From: Nitrososphaerota archaeon
Lineage (GTDB): Archaea > Thermoproteota > Nitrososphaeria_A > Caldarchaeales > Calditenuaceae
Direction: 5' to 3'
Assembly (NCBI GenBank): GCA_038741355.1
Contig: JAVYLC010000003.1
Location: forward strand, 6,616-32,538
DNA: 25,923 nucleotides
A program made the position numbers and the translations under genes. The notes below the pieces were generated by a model, which was not told the DNA's origin, searched no databases, and was given only the letters and a program-made list of their open reading frames with translations. Positions 24,181-25,923 of the stretch are shown in pieces (within the stretch, counting starts at the first letter, position 1; each line of letters begins with the position of its first letter).

Positions 24181-24564
24181 TTGTCTCAAAAACAGCAGAC
24201 CAGACAGGCGGAGAAGGCTAAAGCAGCAGAGAAGCGTGTGCTTAGCTTATCTGTCAGTAATGTCGCCGAGGTCGAGTCCTTCGCCAAATCCCAGCCCTAC
24301 CTAACCCCATACCTGATTGCAGAGAGGTTTGGTGTCAGACTGTCTGTGGCTAAGAGGTTTCTGAGAGAGTTGGCCGAGAAGAGGGTTCTAAGACCGCTAG
24401 AAGGCGTCACGAGACTGAAGCTTTACGTACCAACAACAGAGGTCAAGATCACTCCACATAAGCCTCAGACCGCCGCACAACCGGTTGAGGGAGAAGAAGG
24501 GGTTGCGGGCGCTGCCGCTAAGAAAAAAGCCAAGGGGAAGGCTGCTAAGCCTAAGAAGAAATAG
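24181..24564 (+). CDS. rps25e: 30S ribosomal protein S25e with a Lys/Ala-rich C-terminal tail
   Basis: The winged-helix core YLTPYLIAERFGVRLSVAKRFLRELAEKRVLRPL resembles the eS25 pattern (ITPSxLAERLxIxxSLARxxLxELxxKGxI). The N-terminus is basic. The start codon is TTG. Confidence 0.75.
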   Translation: MSQKQQTRQAEKAKAAEKRVLSLSVSNVAEVESFAKSQPYLTPYLIAERFGVRLSVAKRFLRELAEKRVLRPLEGVTRLKLYVPTTEVKITPHKPQTAAQPVEGEEGVAGAAAKKKAKGKAAKPKKK

Positions 24565-24943
24565 ATTCATTCTCGGCCTCCGCGACGAGTATGCGGGCGC
24601 CCTGTCTCAAGTTCTTGAGGCCACAGGGGTCGCTGGTCAGCCTACCAATCCTGACAGCCTGCACTGGCGGCGGTGTCGGCTCCACTACGAAGGCGATGGC
24701 TGGGATTGAGGGCCAGTAGAGAATGTCCCCGGGCTCGACTTTTTTGGCCTCCTTCTCAGCTCCTCTCCTTATCTCGACCTGGAAGTATGCAAGCCCGCCT
24801 GACAATGCCAGAGCGCCACTCAGAGGCAGAGCCCTGACCAAACGGTCATAAGTCATCGGAGCCAAATATCTGTTAAGCTCCCCCCGCAGTTCGACGCCGC
24901 CCTCAACCTGGATTCTGATCTGTGTGGAGGGCCTGAGAGGCAT
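24551..24943 (-). CDS. Cyclophilin-like fold protein (PF04126/TM1367-type, function unknown)
   Basis: 130 aa. The pattern LPLSG...GLAYFQV...PGDILYWPSIPAIAFV...VRIGRL matches my memory of the Cyclophil_like family (GDIAYWPPGNAL-type motif). It starts 8 nt after the dnaK stop. Confidence 0.65.
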   Translation of the reverse strand: MPLRPSTQIRIQVEGGVELRGELNRYLAPMTYDRLVRALPLSGALALSGGLAYFQVEIRRGAEKEAKKVEPGDILYWPSIPAIAFVVEPTPPPVQAVRIGRLTSDPCGLKNLRQGARILVAEAENESISS

Positions 24944-24951
24944 TTAGGGCG

Positions 24952-25923
24952 TCACTGCCCCTTCTGCTCTTCCTTGCCGGCCGCGCCACTACTCTGCTGA
25001 TAGATCACTGCACCTATCTCCTGTGCAACCTTCCTAAGAGACTCCATCGAAGACTTTATCCCCTGTATGTCTGACTTCTTAAGGGCATCCCTCAGCTTGT
25101 CCGAGGCCTCCTTTATCCTATTTCTCGTCTCCTCGCTGAGCTTCGAGCCATACTCGCTCATCGCCTTGTCTACTGTGTAGAGTAGGGACTCGGCCTCGTT
25201 CTTCAGCATAGCCTCCTCCTTCCTGCGCCTATCCTGCTCTGCATACTGCTCAGCCTCCCTAATCATCCGCTCAATCTCCTCACGGGAGAGCCTGTGGGGG
25301 GCTGTTATCTTCACACTCATCTCCTTCCCAGTCCCCAGATCCTTGGCCGTCACAGTCAAGATCCCGTCGGCGTTGATGTCGAATGTAACCTCGATTCGCG
25401 GAACCCCACGCGGGGCGGGCGGAATCCCGTCCAATAAGAACCTGCCTAGCGATACGTTGTCGGCAGCCATCGGCCTCTCTCCCTGAACAACATGTATCTC
25501 TACCGAAGTCTGGAAGTCTGCCGCGGTTGTGAAGATTTTGCTACGCCTGACCGGTATTGTTGTGTTTCTCTCGATTAGCGGCTCGACCAGCCCGCCCAGC
25601 ACCTCGACGCCAAGCGTGAGCGGCGTAACGTCTAGGAGGACTATGTCCTTTCCCTTCAGCTCCCCGGTCAGTATTGCGGCCTGAATCGCAGCGCCTGCGG
25701 CCACACACTCCATCGGGTCTATTCCACGCTCAGGCTCCTTACCAAGCGTCTTCTTTAGAAACTCTCTTATAATCGGCATTCTCGTCGGCCCACCGACCAA
25801 GATGATTTTGTCTATCTCTTCGGGCCTGAGCTTAGCGTCCTTTAGCGCTTGCTCGATCGGCCCTCTGCACCTCTCGATAATGGGTGCGACGAGTTCCTCA
25901 AGCTTAGCCCTTGTCAGGACGTG
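24952..25923 (-). CDS. dnaK: Molecular chaperone DnaK (Hsp70), C-terminal ~323 aa; 5' end lies beyond the window
   Basis: The frame stays open to the window edge, reading [55 protein letters not shown]... The substrate-binding domain has [12 protein letters not shown] and [13 protein letters not shown], and a helical lid follows. The M at 25800 in the ORF track is internal. Confidence 0.96.
   Translation of the reverse strand, partial: HVLTRAKLEELVAPIIERCRGPIEQALKDAKLRPEEIDKIILVGGPTRMPIIREFLKKTLGKEPERGIDPMECVAAGAAIQAAILTGELKGKDIVLLDVTPLTLGVEVLGGLVEPLIERNTTIPVRRSKIFTTAADFQTSVEIHVVQGERPMAADNVSLGRFLLDGIPPAPRGVPRIEVTFDINADGILTVTAKDLGTGKEMSVKITAPHRLSREEIERMIREAEQYAEQDRRRKEEAMLKNEAESLLYTVDKAMSEYGSKLSEETRNRIKEASDKLRDALKKSDIQGIKSSMESLRKVAQEIGAVIYQQSSGAAGKEEQKGQ

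Noticed and set aside
24485-24709. ORF 24485..24709 (+), overlapping the rps25e tail and the cyclophilin-like gene
   Set aside because: It is off-frame or antisense to two better-supported genes and has no motifs.

Overview
Dense archaeal chromosomal segment, probably from a thermophilic TACK/crenarchaeote-like lineage, and almost entirely housekeeping. The archaeal call rests on an intron-containing tRNA without encoded CCA, class V FBP aldolase/phosphatase, archaeal DtdA, ribosomal protein S25e, a GPN-loop GTPase, an aIF-2B-like protein, and A/T boxes about 27 nt upstream of many start codons. I support 28 protein genes, one below the ORF-track cutoff and one truncated at the window edge, plus one tRNA-Val. 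Functions include nucleotide-sugar synthesis (ugd-like, galU-like), guaA, uppS, dnaJ and partial dnaK, an M24 peptidase and a family-5 uracil-DNA glycosylase. Also present are an MBL hydrolase, an MDR oxidoreductase, fbp, a split nit+nadE pair, tRNA-related genes (DtdA, YbaK/ProX, Trm5/Taw2, Trbp111-like) and two AbrB-PhoU-like regulators. I see no CRISPR array, transposase, integrase or recognisable defence gene, and no clear multi-gene novel system. The best leads are: (1) a self-contained mini-gene for a 44-aa poly-Glu/Trp peptide upstream of one AbrB-PhoU paralog; (2) a two-block sequence motif shared by both AbrB-PhoU promoters; (3) dnaK followed by a cyclophilin-like gene instead of dnaJ; (4) a DUF373 membrane gene translationally coupled to uppS; (5) a 532-bp AT-rich ORF-free gap. 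Several ORF-track starts look over-extended, and I give the starts I consider more likely. All product calls come from motif recognition by eye, not from database searches.
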